A stretch of DNA of 62,522 nt, the filler included, from Chloroflexota bacterium (GTDB lineage Bacteria > Chloroflexota > Chloroflexia > QHBQ01), in the NCBI GenBank assembly GCA_043754535.1. It is 6 parts of 6 records of this genome, joined end to end, with 100 filler letters (N's around TTAATTAATTAA, not from the genome) between each part and the next. Parts side by side here need not be neighbours in the genome. Positions count along the whole stretch, not along the records: positions 1 to 18,962 come from JAYUUN010000007.1; positions 19,063 to 37,876 come from JAYUUN010000008.1; 4 more parts are not named here. The stretch is one strand, 5' to 3'. Positions 9,659 through 19,073 of the stretch are shown in pieces (position 1 is the stretch's first letter; each line of letters begins with the position of its first letter). Made by a program: the position numbers and the translations under genes. The notes below the pieces were generated by a model, which saw only the letters and a list, made by a program, of their open reading frames with translations, was not told where the DNA came from and did not search any database.

Positions 9659-12535
9659 TCAGGGTACGCGGGTTGGCTTCGCAGTCGCTAGCGGGTTGAC
9701 GCTGGCGGCGGTCGGCGCATCGTTCAGCAGGCTGCCCCTGTAGAGGCGGTCGCTGGTCAACAGGTAGATGGTGCTGTCGTCGGGCGTGACGTAGATGCTA
9801 TTGAGGTTGGCGAGGTCGTCGCTGCTCAAGGTGGTCATGTACTGGGCAATCAGCCGCCCGCTCAAGTCTAGCTTGAACACGCGCCCGCCCTGTGTGTTGG
9901 TCGGGCCGCCCTTCGAGTCGGCGGCGTAGAGAAACTTGTTGTCGGGGCTGGCAAAGAGAGCATGGGGTGCGGCGGCGGGCGGCTCAACCGCGTTTGGCCC
10001 TGCGTTCAGGTCAGAGCGTTCCTTCAGTTGGTGATTGACGAGGTGCAGTACGCTGCCGTTACTAGTCAACACATAGACTTCCCCGTTGATCGCCAGCTTG
10101 CTGGCCCCGCCCATCGCCCCAGGGTCGCCACTGAACCACTCGGTGGGCGCGACCCCGTAGTTGCCGCCCGCATACTTGACGATCTGGTTGCTGCGCGCAC
10201 CGAGGATGTAAAGATTGCCGTCGTAGCTAGCAAGGTCGAGCGGGCGGTTGAAGTTGTTGCTCGCGCCCAGAGCAGTGGCCGTGCTGCTGCCGCTGCTGGG
10301 GTCGTAGACGTAGAGGTTGTAACCATCGTCCAGCGCAACCAGCCGATCTACGCGCCAGGTGATGTAGAGCAGGCTGCCCTTGACCAAGCCATCACCCTTG
10401 TTGAGGATCACCGTAGTGCCAGTGCCATCGGCCTTACAGCGATAGAGGGTGCTGACCCCGCGATCCAGCAGGTAGAAATCTCCCCCGCCAACCACGATCT
10501 GGCTGAGGAAGCTAGCGGTAGCGGCGGGGGCAGCAGAGCCGTCCTTCAGGGCGTGGCTGTGCAGGTCGAAGATCAGGTCGAGCTTGGCGAAGCGGACGAC
10601 GAGGTTGACCCTGTCCATCTCGCTCTGCACCTGCCCCCGTGCCTTGCCCACCTCGGTGCTGGCTGGGTCGAGTTTGGCGGCATACTCAATATTGTCGCTA
10701 GCCGCCTTCAGGTGAGCGCGGCGGGCCTGTGGGTCGCTGACGCTGTTGGCACTGGCAAGGGCGGTGCTTGCCTTCTTTAGGTAGTCGTTGATCTGCTGCG
10801 ACTTCTGGGCTGCCACCCCCTGATTGACGAAGAAGAACAGCAAAGCAGCGATCAGCAGCAGTGTGCCGATCAAGACCCAAACCGGGATGCGTGGCAGGTG
10901 GCGTGGCTGTCCCTGCGCATAGTCGGGCCGCTGATAGCTGGCACTGGTACGGCTGGCAGGGCGGTAGATCGCCCCAGTCTGCTGGCTAGCTGCCTCAACT
11001 GGCTGACGGCTGAAGCGTGCGCCAATCTGCGCCTTCAATGCTCCTGCACGAGCAGCGAGGCCGCTTGCTGGTGCAGGAGCAGCTTGCACCTCCTCATCAA
11101 AGATGATCGCCCCAGTCTTGTGTGGGTCGACGGCTGGCTCAAGCGGCGTTTCACCGCCTGGTTCGCTGGCAGCCTGCTGGCGGTTGCGCTGGGCGAGGTT
11201 CTGGATTGCGGCTAGCCCTGCCCCACTCGCCTGCCGCAGCTTGCTCCCTAGTTGTCCTGCCACCCCTTTTGCTCTGTCGAGTGCAGCGTTGCCACTACTG
11301 TCTGGCGCGGCGGTGGGGGAGGTAAAGAAGGCATCCTCCTCGGCCACTGGCTCGGCTGTGTAGTCGGGGTTGGTGAACTGCACCTCATCTGCATCGCGGT
11401 CGGGGTGTGGCTTGTTCACCTCATAGTCGGCGCGGCGCACCAGGTGGAGCGGCGGCCTACTGCTCGCTGGCGAGGCGAAGCTGGCATTCTCCTCCATGTC
11501 GCGGCGGTGAGCGAGCAGATTGTCGAGCAGCGGTTGGCGGTCTGGCGGCGCGACAAAAGTGGCGGCGGCCTCCACCACCTGCACATCCTGACCGCTGGTG
11601 TGGTCGAAGGTCACGTCGGGGGCAGGGCCGCTGCTACGTAGCGAGATCGGGGCGGGAGCATAGCCGCTCTCTGGCTGCGCTGCCTTGCCGCCCCTGCGCA
11701 GGTTGCTGAGCATGGCGCGGGGATCAAAGCTACGCTTCTCGGCTACTGGATGTTCGCCCGTGTTGCGGCTGGGCAGGCGCACGCTGCCAGAAGCAGTGCG
11801 GCTCCGACTGTCGCTGCTGGCGTAGAGGGCAAGGGCGTAACCTTCGAGCAGGTTATGCTCCTCGGTCAGGCGGTGCAGGTAGTCAATGATCGCATACTGG
11901 TCGGCCCCGGCCAGGTGGCGGTCGGCTTCGGCGGGGGTAAGCAGGCCAGCGAGATTGGCCGAGCAGAGGATCAGTGCGTCGCCCGACTCCAGCGGGCTGC
12001 GGATCAGGTCAGGGTCGGGTTCACCGGTGGTGCTGCCCAGGCTGGCGGGTGGAAAGGGGTTGTCGTTGGCTCCCGGCCAATTACGCGGGGTGGGGAAGGC
12101 GCGCACGCTGCCCTGATGGATGAGGAAGACCTGAGCGGGCGGTAGTTGGGCGATATACACTTCGTCACCACGCACGACCGCGCAGGAGAGGCCGACGCTA
12201 GCCCGCTGCCTGCTCTCGGCCTGGCGGTTGTGCTGCAAGAGTGCTAGATTGGCGCGGGCAAGGGCGCGGGTCAGGCTGGTGGTTGCAGAGGGCGAGGATT
12301 CGGCGTAATATTCGTGGGCCAGCACTTGCTGCACAAGCTGGCAAGCCTCCAGGCCGAGGGCTAGGTTGGCACGTGGTTCGCTGAGGATGTAGAGGCTACC
12401 CTTGTGGGCAACCCCTGGGCCAGCCGTTACGCTGCTCACACAGTCGCTGCTGGCGCGGCGTACCCCGCTGATTACCTGAAACTGGCTGGCGACGACCCGC
12501 AGGCGTGCTGCCGTACCACCGATGGTAATACTCAT
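9659..12535 (-). CDS. membrane protein: N-terminal degenerate PP2C/PPM-like domain, long linker, single TM helix, extracellular helical and beta-propeller domains
   Basis: LTRALARANLAL, GLSCAVVRGDEVYIAQ, LESGDALILCS (PP2C-like); TM VWVLIGTLLLIAALLFFFV; NHL-like blades (LASYDGNLYIL, LAINGEVYVL). Confidence 0.75.
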   Translation of the reverse strand: MSITIGGTAARLRVVASQFQVISGVRRASSDCVSSVTAGPGVAHKGSLYILSEPRANLALGLEACQLVQQVLAHEYYAESSPSATTSLTRALARANLALLQHNRQAESRQRASVGLSCAVVRGDEVYIAQLPPAQVFLIHQGSVRAFPTPRNWPGANDNPFPPASLGSTTGEPDPDLIRSPLESGDALILCSANLAGLLTPAEADRHLAGADQYAIIDYLHRLTEEHNLLEGYALALYASSDSRSRTASGSVRLPSRNTGEHPVAEKRSFDPRAMLSNLRRGGKAAQPESGYAPAPISLRSSGPAPDVTFDHTSGQDVQVVEAAATFVAPPDRQPLLDNLLAHRRDMEENASFASPASSRPPLHLVRRADYEVNKPHPDRDADEVQFTNPDYTAEPVAEEDAFFTSPTAAPDSSGNAALDRAKGVAGQLGSKLRQASGAGLAAIQNLAQRNRQQAASEPGGETPLEPAVDPHKTGAIIFDEEVQAAPAPASGLAARAGALKAQIGARFSRQPVEAASQQTGAIYRPASRTSASYQRPDYAQGQPRHLPRIPVWVLIGTLLLIAALLFFFVNQGVAAQKSQQINDYLKKASTALASANSVSDPQARRAHLKAASDNIEYAAKLDPASTEVGKARGQVQSEMDRVNLVVRFAKLDLIFDLHSHALKDGSAAPAATASFLSQIVVGGGDFYLLDRGVSTLYRCKADGTGTTVILNKGDGLVKGSLLYITWRVDRLVALDDGYNLYVYDPSSGSSTATALGASNNFNRPLDLASYDGNLYILGARSNQIVKYAGGNYGVAPTEWFSGDPGAMGGASKLAINGEVYVLTSNGSVLHLVNHQLKERSDLNAGPNAVEPPAAAPHALFASPDNKFLYAADSKGGPTNTQGGRVFKLDLSGRLIAQYMTTLSSDDLANLNSIYVTPDDSTIYLLTSDRLYRGSLLNDAPTAASVNPLATAKPTRVP

Positions 12536-12803
12536 GGCTCGTTCCTATCTGGCATGATGGCCCCATGCAGGCAGGCGAGAAAGAAACCGCAATCTTGCTG
12601 CTTTGGCACGATTATAGCACATTAAGTTCAACCACGCAATATGGCGACGCAGTTTGCGCTTGCACTAGCGGCTGTGGCTGGCAGATGCTGGGGCTGGTGC
12701 AGGTTACAGAGCAGCTAGCAACCAGGGCAATGGCTACGCATCTGGTGGCAACCAACCTGCGCATCCACTATAAGGCCTAGCCACCAGAGCATGAAGGGAC
12801 AAG

Positions 12804-13265
12804 ATGATGAGCGTCAGGATCAGCAAGAGCGTGCGAGTGGATGCGCCGGTGGAGCAGGTCTTCGCCTACATCGCTAACTGGCGCAATACCACGCGCATTC
12901 AGCCGGAGTTCCGTACCTTCCAGCCGCTCAACGCCGAGGAGGTTAGTGTGGGCGTGGAGTTGCAGGCGCAGGGCCGCTTCTACGGCCTGCCGATCACCGT
13001 GCGCCTCAAGGTGGTCGAGTTCGAGCCGAACCAGCGGATGGTGACTGAGGTGAACGGCGGCCTGCGTAGCCTCAACGCCTGGCTGTTCGAGCCACTGGGC
13101 GCACAGCAGACCAAGCTGATCTTCGTCAACGAGTACGCCCTACCCGGTGTGCTACAAAGGCTAGTCGGCGGCAACGGCTTCGTGCAGCGCGAGGTAGCGC
13201 GGATGACTGAACACGCCCTGCTAGCGGTCAAGGCCGAAGTGGAAGCGGCTAGCCGCGAAGGGTGA
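12804..13265 (+). CDS. SRPBCC (polyketide cyclase/START) family protein
   Basis: SVRVDAPVEQVFAYIANW, VVEFEPNQR motifs. Confidence 0.85.
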   Translation: MMSVRISKSVRVDAPVEQVFAYIANWRNTTRIQPEFRTFQPLNAEEVSVGVELQAQGRFYGLPITVRLKVVEFEPNQRMVTEVNGGLRSLNAWLFEPLGAQQTKLIFVNEYALPGVLQRLVGGNGFVQREVARMTEHALLAVKAEVEAASREG

Positions 13266-13269
13266 TTGG

Positions 13270-15756
13270 TTAGAGCAAACAAACGGCCCCTCCCCCAGCC
13301 TGGTGGGAGGGGCTGTCGCTTGCGCTTTCGGCTAACTTGGCTGGGGCAGTGAAGCTGCGGGTGTAGGCGGGGGCAGCGGGTGCCTTGCCGTCCTTGAGTT
13401 GCTGCTGCCACTGCTCGTCGGTCATCCGCTCGTTGCTCGGTTTGGTGAACTCGTACTGGCTGAACACCGCGCCGCGAGTAAGCACCAGCTTGCCGTCGAT
13501 TGGCACCACAGCGTAGATTTCGTTGGGGTGGCCGATAGCCACTTCCAACACGCGCACGTTGTCGTTGCCGCCCGTGGCAATGTCAGCGACCAGGGCCGCG
13601 TCGATCTGGTCGAGGTAGCTGGCAGCTTCACCAGCCTCACTGTCGGCAGCAGCGATAGTCAGGTTCTCAATCGCCCCACCGTAGAACAGGATCGCGTTGT
13701 ACTCGTCATCGGTCAGCGGTTGGTTGCTCAGTTCCTTCTCGCTGATCGCCTTTAGCTGGCTGGTCAGGTTGAGCAGGCTGTCCAGCGAACCTTTCATCTT
13801 GTCCTGCTCGCTCAAGAGGCCACGCTGTACCAGGCCGTCGCGGGTCATCTCGGTGAGTGCGGCGAGGCGAGCGTAGAGTTCGGGCTGCGGCTCCACATAA
13901 CCCTTAATGATGTCCTGGGGGCCGCCGCCCATCTCAGCCATGCTCTGCTTGGCGTAGAGGATGGTGTCGTGCTTCAGTTCAGTGTAGCTACCCAGGTAGG
14001 TGTTAAGCTGATTGTCCGTCCAGGCCTCGTTGGTCATGAAGCTGGGATAGCCCTCCCCCTTCGGCGCAATCAGCGCGTTGAGGGTGTAGAGCCACGACCA
14101 GTAGACGTTCTGCGTCCAGTCGGCCAGGCCGAGATTGGCGACTGCGCCCCGTGCCTTCTGCATTTGCGTGTCGTAGTTCTTACCCTGCACCCCGCTGGTT
14201 TGACCGTAATCGAGTTGCTCACCCTTGACGATAGCCAAAGCACGGTCGCTGCCCATTGCGGCTGGCACGTCGAGGCTGCGCGGCAACCAGCGAGCCTGGT
14301 CGTCGGCGGGGGCAGTGCCAACATTGCGCCAGGTTAGCTGGCCGATCACGTAGGCATCGAGGGTGAAGCGTTGGCCCATCATCCGCAGCCCTTTGGTCGC
14401 CTCATCCTTGTCTTCGCTAGCAAAAATCGCCATTGAGTTGATCATCGGCGAGGGCAGCGACTTGGCCGCCACCTTGAAGTCCGCCAGCTTGCCCGCATCA
14501 GCGACTTCGCTGATGCTGGGCTGGGCGGTACCGTAGACCGACTCCACCAGTGGCAGGTAGTCGAAGTAGCTGAGGTCATCTGCCTTGCCGATCAAGAAGC
14601 TGGTTGGCTCGTAGATCGCCCGCCAGTGATCTAGGATTGGGCCGCTGCGGAGGGTCTGCTGGTTGTTGAGCAGCATGGTGAGCAGGATCGCAGAGCGAGT
14701 TTCGTTGTCTTCCTTCAGGCGGAAGCTCATGCGCCCCAGCCACATCATGCTCTTGAAGTACTGCTTGAGCGCATCAGATTTGGTGTAGTGGCCGCGCGGG
14801 ATGTACTGGCTGTAATCCTCGGTGTAGCCTGCCATGATATTAGAGTCGGCCAGACCAGTGTGCGCTTCGATCAGGGCAAGCTCTGCGTCAACCTTGCTCT
14901 TGACGTAGGCTGGTACTGTAGCCTTTGGGTTGATCAGGCTGTCGGCCACGCCAAAGTAGGCGACAAGCTGGGTGCTGGCGGTGGTGAGGTCGGCATTGTT
15001 CTGGGCGGCGATCTCAGTGTGCTGGGCATCGGCCACGCGCAACATCGCGTCGTTCAGCTTGGTTAGCTCGTCGGTCAGCTTGCGGCTCTCCAGGTCGCGC
15101 AGCACCTTGTCAAAGATCAGGTGGTAGACGTGGAGGATCGAGTCGCTGCTGACGAAGGTCGGCTCCTCGCCATAGCGGCCCGCTTCGTAGACCTGGTAGA
15201 ACTCCTTGAGGCCGCTATACCGGGCCGGATCAGCGGTGACAGGTGGGACGACCACAAAGTTGTTCTTCGCCAGCAGCGTGTTGGCAGCAGCGGGCAGCTT
15301 GAACTGCGCCGGGTTTTGCACGTTGCTAAGGTCGGTCTTGGCCTGGTAGGCGGCCACCTTCGGCTGCACGTTGACGGTGTAGCTGGTGGGGTAGGGGGCG
15401 AAGACGAGAATAGGCCGCTGCACGCCGCCGCTGGCTGCTGTGGTCGCCGTAGGCTGGGCGGCAGGGCTGGTCGGCCCAACGGTAACGACCACAGGGGTGT
15501 TCGTCGCAAGCGGCGCAGTGGTGTTGGTAGCGGCGGCTACGCTGGTGTTGGTAGCGGGTGCGCTTTCAGCGGCAGTGCCGGTAGCGCGGGCAACCACGTT
15601 CGGCGTGCTGCTAGCAGCGGGGTTGGCGGCTTTGGCGGTTGCCGAGGCCACTGGGGGGACAGTGGGGGTAGCAGTGCTGCTGTCGCAAGCGGCAAGCACC
15701 TGCACCACGATCAGCATGACCGCCAGCCAACCAAGGGTACGAGAACGAAGACGCAT
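13270..15756 (-). CDS. DUF3160 domain lipoprotein
   Basis: ATG at 15756 with AAGGAAGG RBS, lipobox LAAC; EDYSQYIPRGHY, YFKSMMWLGR, TELKHDTILYAKQ, GYVEP, ERMTDEQW. Confidence 0.88.
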   Translation of the reverse strand: MRLRSRTLGWLAVMLIVVQVLAACDSSTATPTVPPVASATAKAANPAASSTPNVVARATGTAAESAPATNTSVAAATNTTAPLATNTPVVVTVGPTSPAAQPTATTAASGGVQRPILVFAPYPTSYTVNVQPKVAAYQAKTDLSNVQNPAQFKLPAAANTLLAKNNFVVVPPVTADPARYSGLKEFYQVYEAGRYGEEPTFVSSDSILHVYHLIFDKVLRDLESRKLTDELTKLNDAMLRVADAQHTEIAAQNNADLTTASTQLVAYFGVADSLINPKATVPAYVKSKVDAELALIEAHTGLADSNIMAGYTEDYSQYIPRGHYTKSDALKQYFKSMMWLGRMSFRLKEDNETRSAILLTMLLNNQQTLRSGPILDHWRAIYEPTSFLIGKADDLSYFDYLPLVESVYGTAQPSISEVADAGKLADFKVAAKSLPSPMINSMAIFASEDKDEATKGLRMMGQRFTLDAYVIGQLTWRNVGTAPADDQARWLPRSLDVPAAMGSDRALAIVKGEQLDYGQTSGVQGKNYDTQMQKARGAVANLGLADWTQNVYWSWLYTLNALIAPKGEGYPSFMTNEAWTDNQLNTYLGSYTELKHDTILYAKQSMAEMGGGPQDIIKGYVEPQPELYARLAALTEMTRDGLVQRGLLSEQDKMKGSLDSLLNLTSQLKAISEKELSNQPLTDDEYNAILFYGGAIENLTIAAADSEAGEAASYLDQIDAALVADIATGGNDNVRVLEVAIGHPNEIYAVVPIDGKLVLTRGAVFSQYEFTKPSNERMTDEQWQQQLKDGKAPAAPAYTRSFTAPAKLAESASDSPSHQAGGGAVCLL

Positions 15757-17477
15757 GAAGAACCTTCCTTTCCTGGGCAACAGGAGCTTAAACGGTAGAA
15801 AACCTGATGGATGAGGGAGTCGGTAAACAGATTGCTGTAACCTGCGCCGGGGCTGCGCCAGTCGAGTGAGTAGCCAAAGCCATTCCATGACCAGACGCTA
15901 ACCTGTAGTTTGCTGCTGTCGTTGCCTTCCAGCACAGCTAGGCGCGGCTGGCCGTCGCTGGCGACGAAGAAGCTGAGCTGGTGGGCGACATCGGCAAGGG
16001 GGCGACCAGCCCAGACCGCCCGCCAGCCCTCCCGCGCCCAGCCGTAGATGAATATCTGGTTCTTCAGCTTGCCCGCTCCACCCCAGCGGTAGTCGGGCTG
16101 CCAGAGGATGAAAGCGAGCATGGGGCCGCGCCCGAAGGCATCAGCGACGGCGAAGCTCTCCACCTGCCAGGCGGGGTCGCTCTGCCAGGCCGCTTGCCAG
16201 TTGCCCGCTGCATCTGCCTGGTATAGGGTAAGGTGTTGTTGCTGCAAGGTAATCAGTTCGGTCTTGCCGTCCGCATTGAGGTCGGCCAGTTGGCTTTGGG
16301 CTGGCGGGTCGCTCCGCTGGTAGGCAAGAGCAAGCGTGGGGCTGAGCGGGGCTGGCGGTGCCTTGAGGGTGGAGAGGGGGGTGGCTGGGCGCATCGTCTG
16401 CCAGTCGAAGTCGTCCGCACTGCCCCTTGCTGCCTCTGCCGTCACCGCCTGCCCGCCCTTGTCGCCGGGGTCGAGCAAGCGGGCCTGGAGGTAGCTGCTG
16501 ATCGGTACGCTATTCGCCGCCACCACCCCCTGACGGTCGAGGACGACGCGCAGCAGCAGGCTGTTCTTGGTCAGCGGACTGAAGTTTTGGTCGAAGATAA
16601 AGTTGCCGAGGCTGTAGGCAACCAGGGTGCTGCCGATCCGCGCCATGCTCTGCACCTGGTGGGGGTGCGCCCCGACGACCAGGGTCGCGCCTGCCTCAGC
16701 CATCACCGCTGCTAGCCTGCGCTGGTAGTCAAGGGGGGTGCTGGTGTACTCGTTACCCCAGTGGATCAGCACGACGACCGCCTCGGCTTGCCCCTTCACA
16801 GCGGCGATATCGCCTTGCAGCCGTGCTGTGCTGGCCTTGAGATCGTAGTCGCAGGGTAGAACGTTGAGGCGCAGGTCGGGGCCGCTGGGGGCAATGCAGG
16901 TGTAGCCGAGGAATGCCACGCGCAAGCCACTGATCGTGACGACCCTTGCACCGCCCACGCCGGTGTAGGCTACTCCCGCCGCTTTGAGCGAGGCCATAGT
17001 GTCGGTCAGAGCCTGCCTGCCGTAGTCGGTGGCGTGGTTGTTGGCAAGCGAGACGAGGTCGATCCCCGCTGCTGGCAAGGCAGCCACCTGCGACGGGCTG
17101 GCCTTGATGTTGATCCACCTCACAGCCCGCGTTGGGCTAACCACGTTGGTCAGCGGCGATTCGAGGTTGGCAACCACGTAGTCTGCCGCCCGCAGCGTGG
17201 GGCTGATGGCGGCGAAGGGGTAGGCGGGGTAGCGGCTGCTGGACACCTGCTCTACATAGCGGCCCAGCATGATGTCGCCACCAAAGATGATGGTGGCGCG
17301 TTGCTGGCGAGCTGCTGTGTCCCCGGCAAGCTGTTGCAAGCGCATTGCTGAGCTGCTCGGCACGGTAGTCGGCTGGCTAGCGGCGGGCGCAACGAAGTTG
17401 GTTAGTAGCACGACAGCCACCAACCCAGCTACGCACACCGTAATCTTACTCCTGCTCCACACTACGCTCTGCTCCAA
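15711..17477 (-). CDS. CapA (PGA_cap) metallophosphoesterase family protein with C-terminal FG-GAP-like repeats
   Basis: GDIMLGR, NLESP, LANNHATDYG, HWGNEY, GAHPH, YSLGNFIFDQ; ADLNADGK. Confidence 0.88.
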   Translation of the reverse strand: MEQSVVWSRSKITVCVAGLVAVVLLTNFVAPAASQPTTVPSSSAMRLQQLAGDTAARQQRATIIFGGDIMLGRYVEQVSSSRYPAYPFAAISPTLRAADYVVANLESPLTNVVSPTRAVRWINIKASPSQVAALPAAGIDLVSLANNHATDYGRQALTDTMASLKAAGVAYTGVGGARVVTISGLRVAFLGYTCIAPSGPDLRLNVLPCDYDLKASTARLQGDIAAVKGQAEAVVVLIHWGNEYTSTPLDYQRRLAAVMAEAGATLVVGAHPHQVQSMARIGSTLVAYSLGNFIFDQNFSPLTKNSLLLRVVLDRQGVVAANSVPISSYLQARLLDPGDKGGQAVTAEAARGSADDFDWQTMRPATPLSTLKAPPAPLSPTLALAYQRSDPPAQSQLADLNADGKTELITLQQQHLTLYQADAAGNWQAAWQSDPAWQVESFAVADAFGRGPMLAFILWQPDYRWGGAGKLKNQIFIYGWAREGWRAVWAGRPLADVAHQLSFFVASDGQPRLAVLEGNDSSKLQVSVWSWNGFGYSLDWRSPGAGYSNLFTDSLIHQVFYRLSSCCPGKEGSSCVFVLVPLVGWRSC

Positions 17478-17773
17478 ACCAGACTTGTCTTACTAAACGC
17501 TTGTGGCGGCTACAAAGTTCCCACCATGCGTGGATCATTGTATCAGAACGTGAAGCATTAGGCAAACAGTTTGCGTCCAGAGACCTCTCCTACTTTGCTA
17601 GCACTTGCTCGCCCGCACAATCCGTACCATCTGCTGGGCCAACTCGCGGGCAGATGCCTGCTGCAACCATGAACTCTTACCGTTGCACCCCAGTTTGCCC
17701 TGTCAGCAACAATGGTGGTATAATTAGGCCGCTCAACCTAAACCGCAGGCCACCACAGGAGTCTGATTAGCCG

Positions 17774-18565
17774 ATGCTTGGAACCAACCCGCAGCGCGAC
17801 GAGGCCGACGCGACCCGCCCGCACGTCCCCGACCACACCAGCGAACCCGCTGCCTCTCTATACGATGGTGACAGCGAAACCAGCCTGACCAACGCCCTGA
17901 ACAGTGGGGCAGTCAACACCAGCTTGCCAGTGCGTACCGCCCGCTACAGCGCACCCAGCGCGGACGCACCCAGCGCGGACGCACCCCCGTTGACTGCGGA
18001 AGCCGAGGGGCAGCCGACAGTGCAGGGGCGGATCGAATTGCTGCCCAGCGAAAGCGTAGTCCACCAGCTAGGTGCTATCTACCTGACCAACAAGCGCGTG
18101 CTGCTCTACGCCCCAAACCTGCTGCGTACTACCTCGCTGCGCGACGTTGACGGAGTGGGGGCGGCTTACGATAGGTTGAACGGGGCGATCTTCGCTCTTG
18201 GTCTTGCCCTGACCATCCTCAGCGCGTTCTTTGGCGGTCTCGTCTTCTTTGAGCGGCAGGGCGACCTTACAGGCAGTGCGCTGCTCGACCTGCTTCAGGG
18301 GGTGCGCGGCTTCTTCCAGGCGGTGCTGCCCTTGCCCTTCCTGGCTATCCTGGTGGGGTTTGCCGCCGTCGGTGTCTTCTTCATCGTCTCCTACTTCCTT
18401 TGGCTTGGTCGCAGCTTGTTCATCTCCGTGCATGGCCGCCCACTGATCAGCGTCAGCATCAGTGGCTACCGCCCTAAGCGGCTTGAGGATGTTGACACTT
18501 TCATCAACGCCCTCTGGCTGGCAAAAGATCGGTTGGAGAATGGTAGTAACGAGGGGGAGGGCTAG
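17774..18565 (+). CDS. hypothetical membrane protein (PH-like domain with two-TM insertion)
   Basis: LLPSE...IYLTNKRVL bacterial PH-like motif; two hydrophobic helices. Confidence 0.6.
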   Translation: MLGTNPQRDEADATRPHVPDHTSEPAASLYDGDSETSLTNALNSGAVNTSLPVRTARYSAPSADAPSADAPPLTAEAEGQPTVQGRIELLPSESVVHQLGAIYLTNKRVLLYAPNLLRTTSLRDVDGVGAAYDRLNGAIFALGLALTILSAFFGGLVFFERQGDLTGSALLDLLQGVRGFFQAVLPLPFLAILVGFAAVGVFFIVSYFLWLGRSLFISVHGRPLISVSISGYRPKRLEDVDTFINALWLAKDRLENGSNEGEG

Positions 18566-18962
18566 ATGGCTGACCCTGGCGAGCAGGTTTACACGCTCAA
18601 CCCGCTGCCTACCCACCTCTGGCAGTTGGATCACGCTGCGAAGGTGACAGTTGGCGACCACGAGCAGGAAGCCTACAACGACATGGGCTGCGGCGCGTTT
18701 AGTACCAGCATCGCCCTCTCGGTCTTTGCACCCCAGCGGGCGACCTTGCAGGCGGCCACCAGCCTCTACCAGCGGATGCGTAAGGTTCCCTTCACGCGGG
18801 GGACATGGGAGGGGGAGAACGCCCGCCTTGCGCTTGAGGACGGCTACGTGGCGGCTAACTTGAGCGATGGCACCCCGGCAGAGTTGGCTAACCTGGTCAA
18901 GCTCAACGCCCCGGCGGTGCTGAACATAAACCCGCGCCGCTTCCTGGCAGTAGTTCAGTATG
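18566..18962 (+). CDS. 3'-truncated hypothetical protein, possibly papain/C39-like peptidase
   Basis: Q....N.GCGAFSTSIAL resembles the Q-x-CG..S..MAL catalytic Cys region; cut by gap. Confidence 0.4.
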
Positions 18963-19062
18963 NNNNNNNNNNNNNNNNNNNNNNNNNNNNNNNNNNNNNN
19001 NNNNNNTTAATTAATTAANNNNNNNNNNNNNNNNNNNNNNNNNNNNNNNNNNNNNNNNNNNN
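18963..19062. other. artificial contig linker (N44-TTAATTAATTAA-N44)
   Basis: Ns with an all-frame stop spacer. Confidence 0.99.
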
Positions 19063-19073
19063 AGAAAGGAGTC

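Noticed and set aside
17951..17985. 15-bp tandem duplication GCACCCAGCGCGGAC
   Set aside because: In-frame slip (APSAD twice) in a disordered linker.
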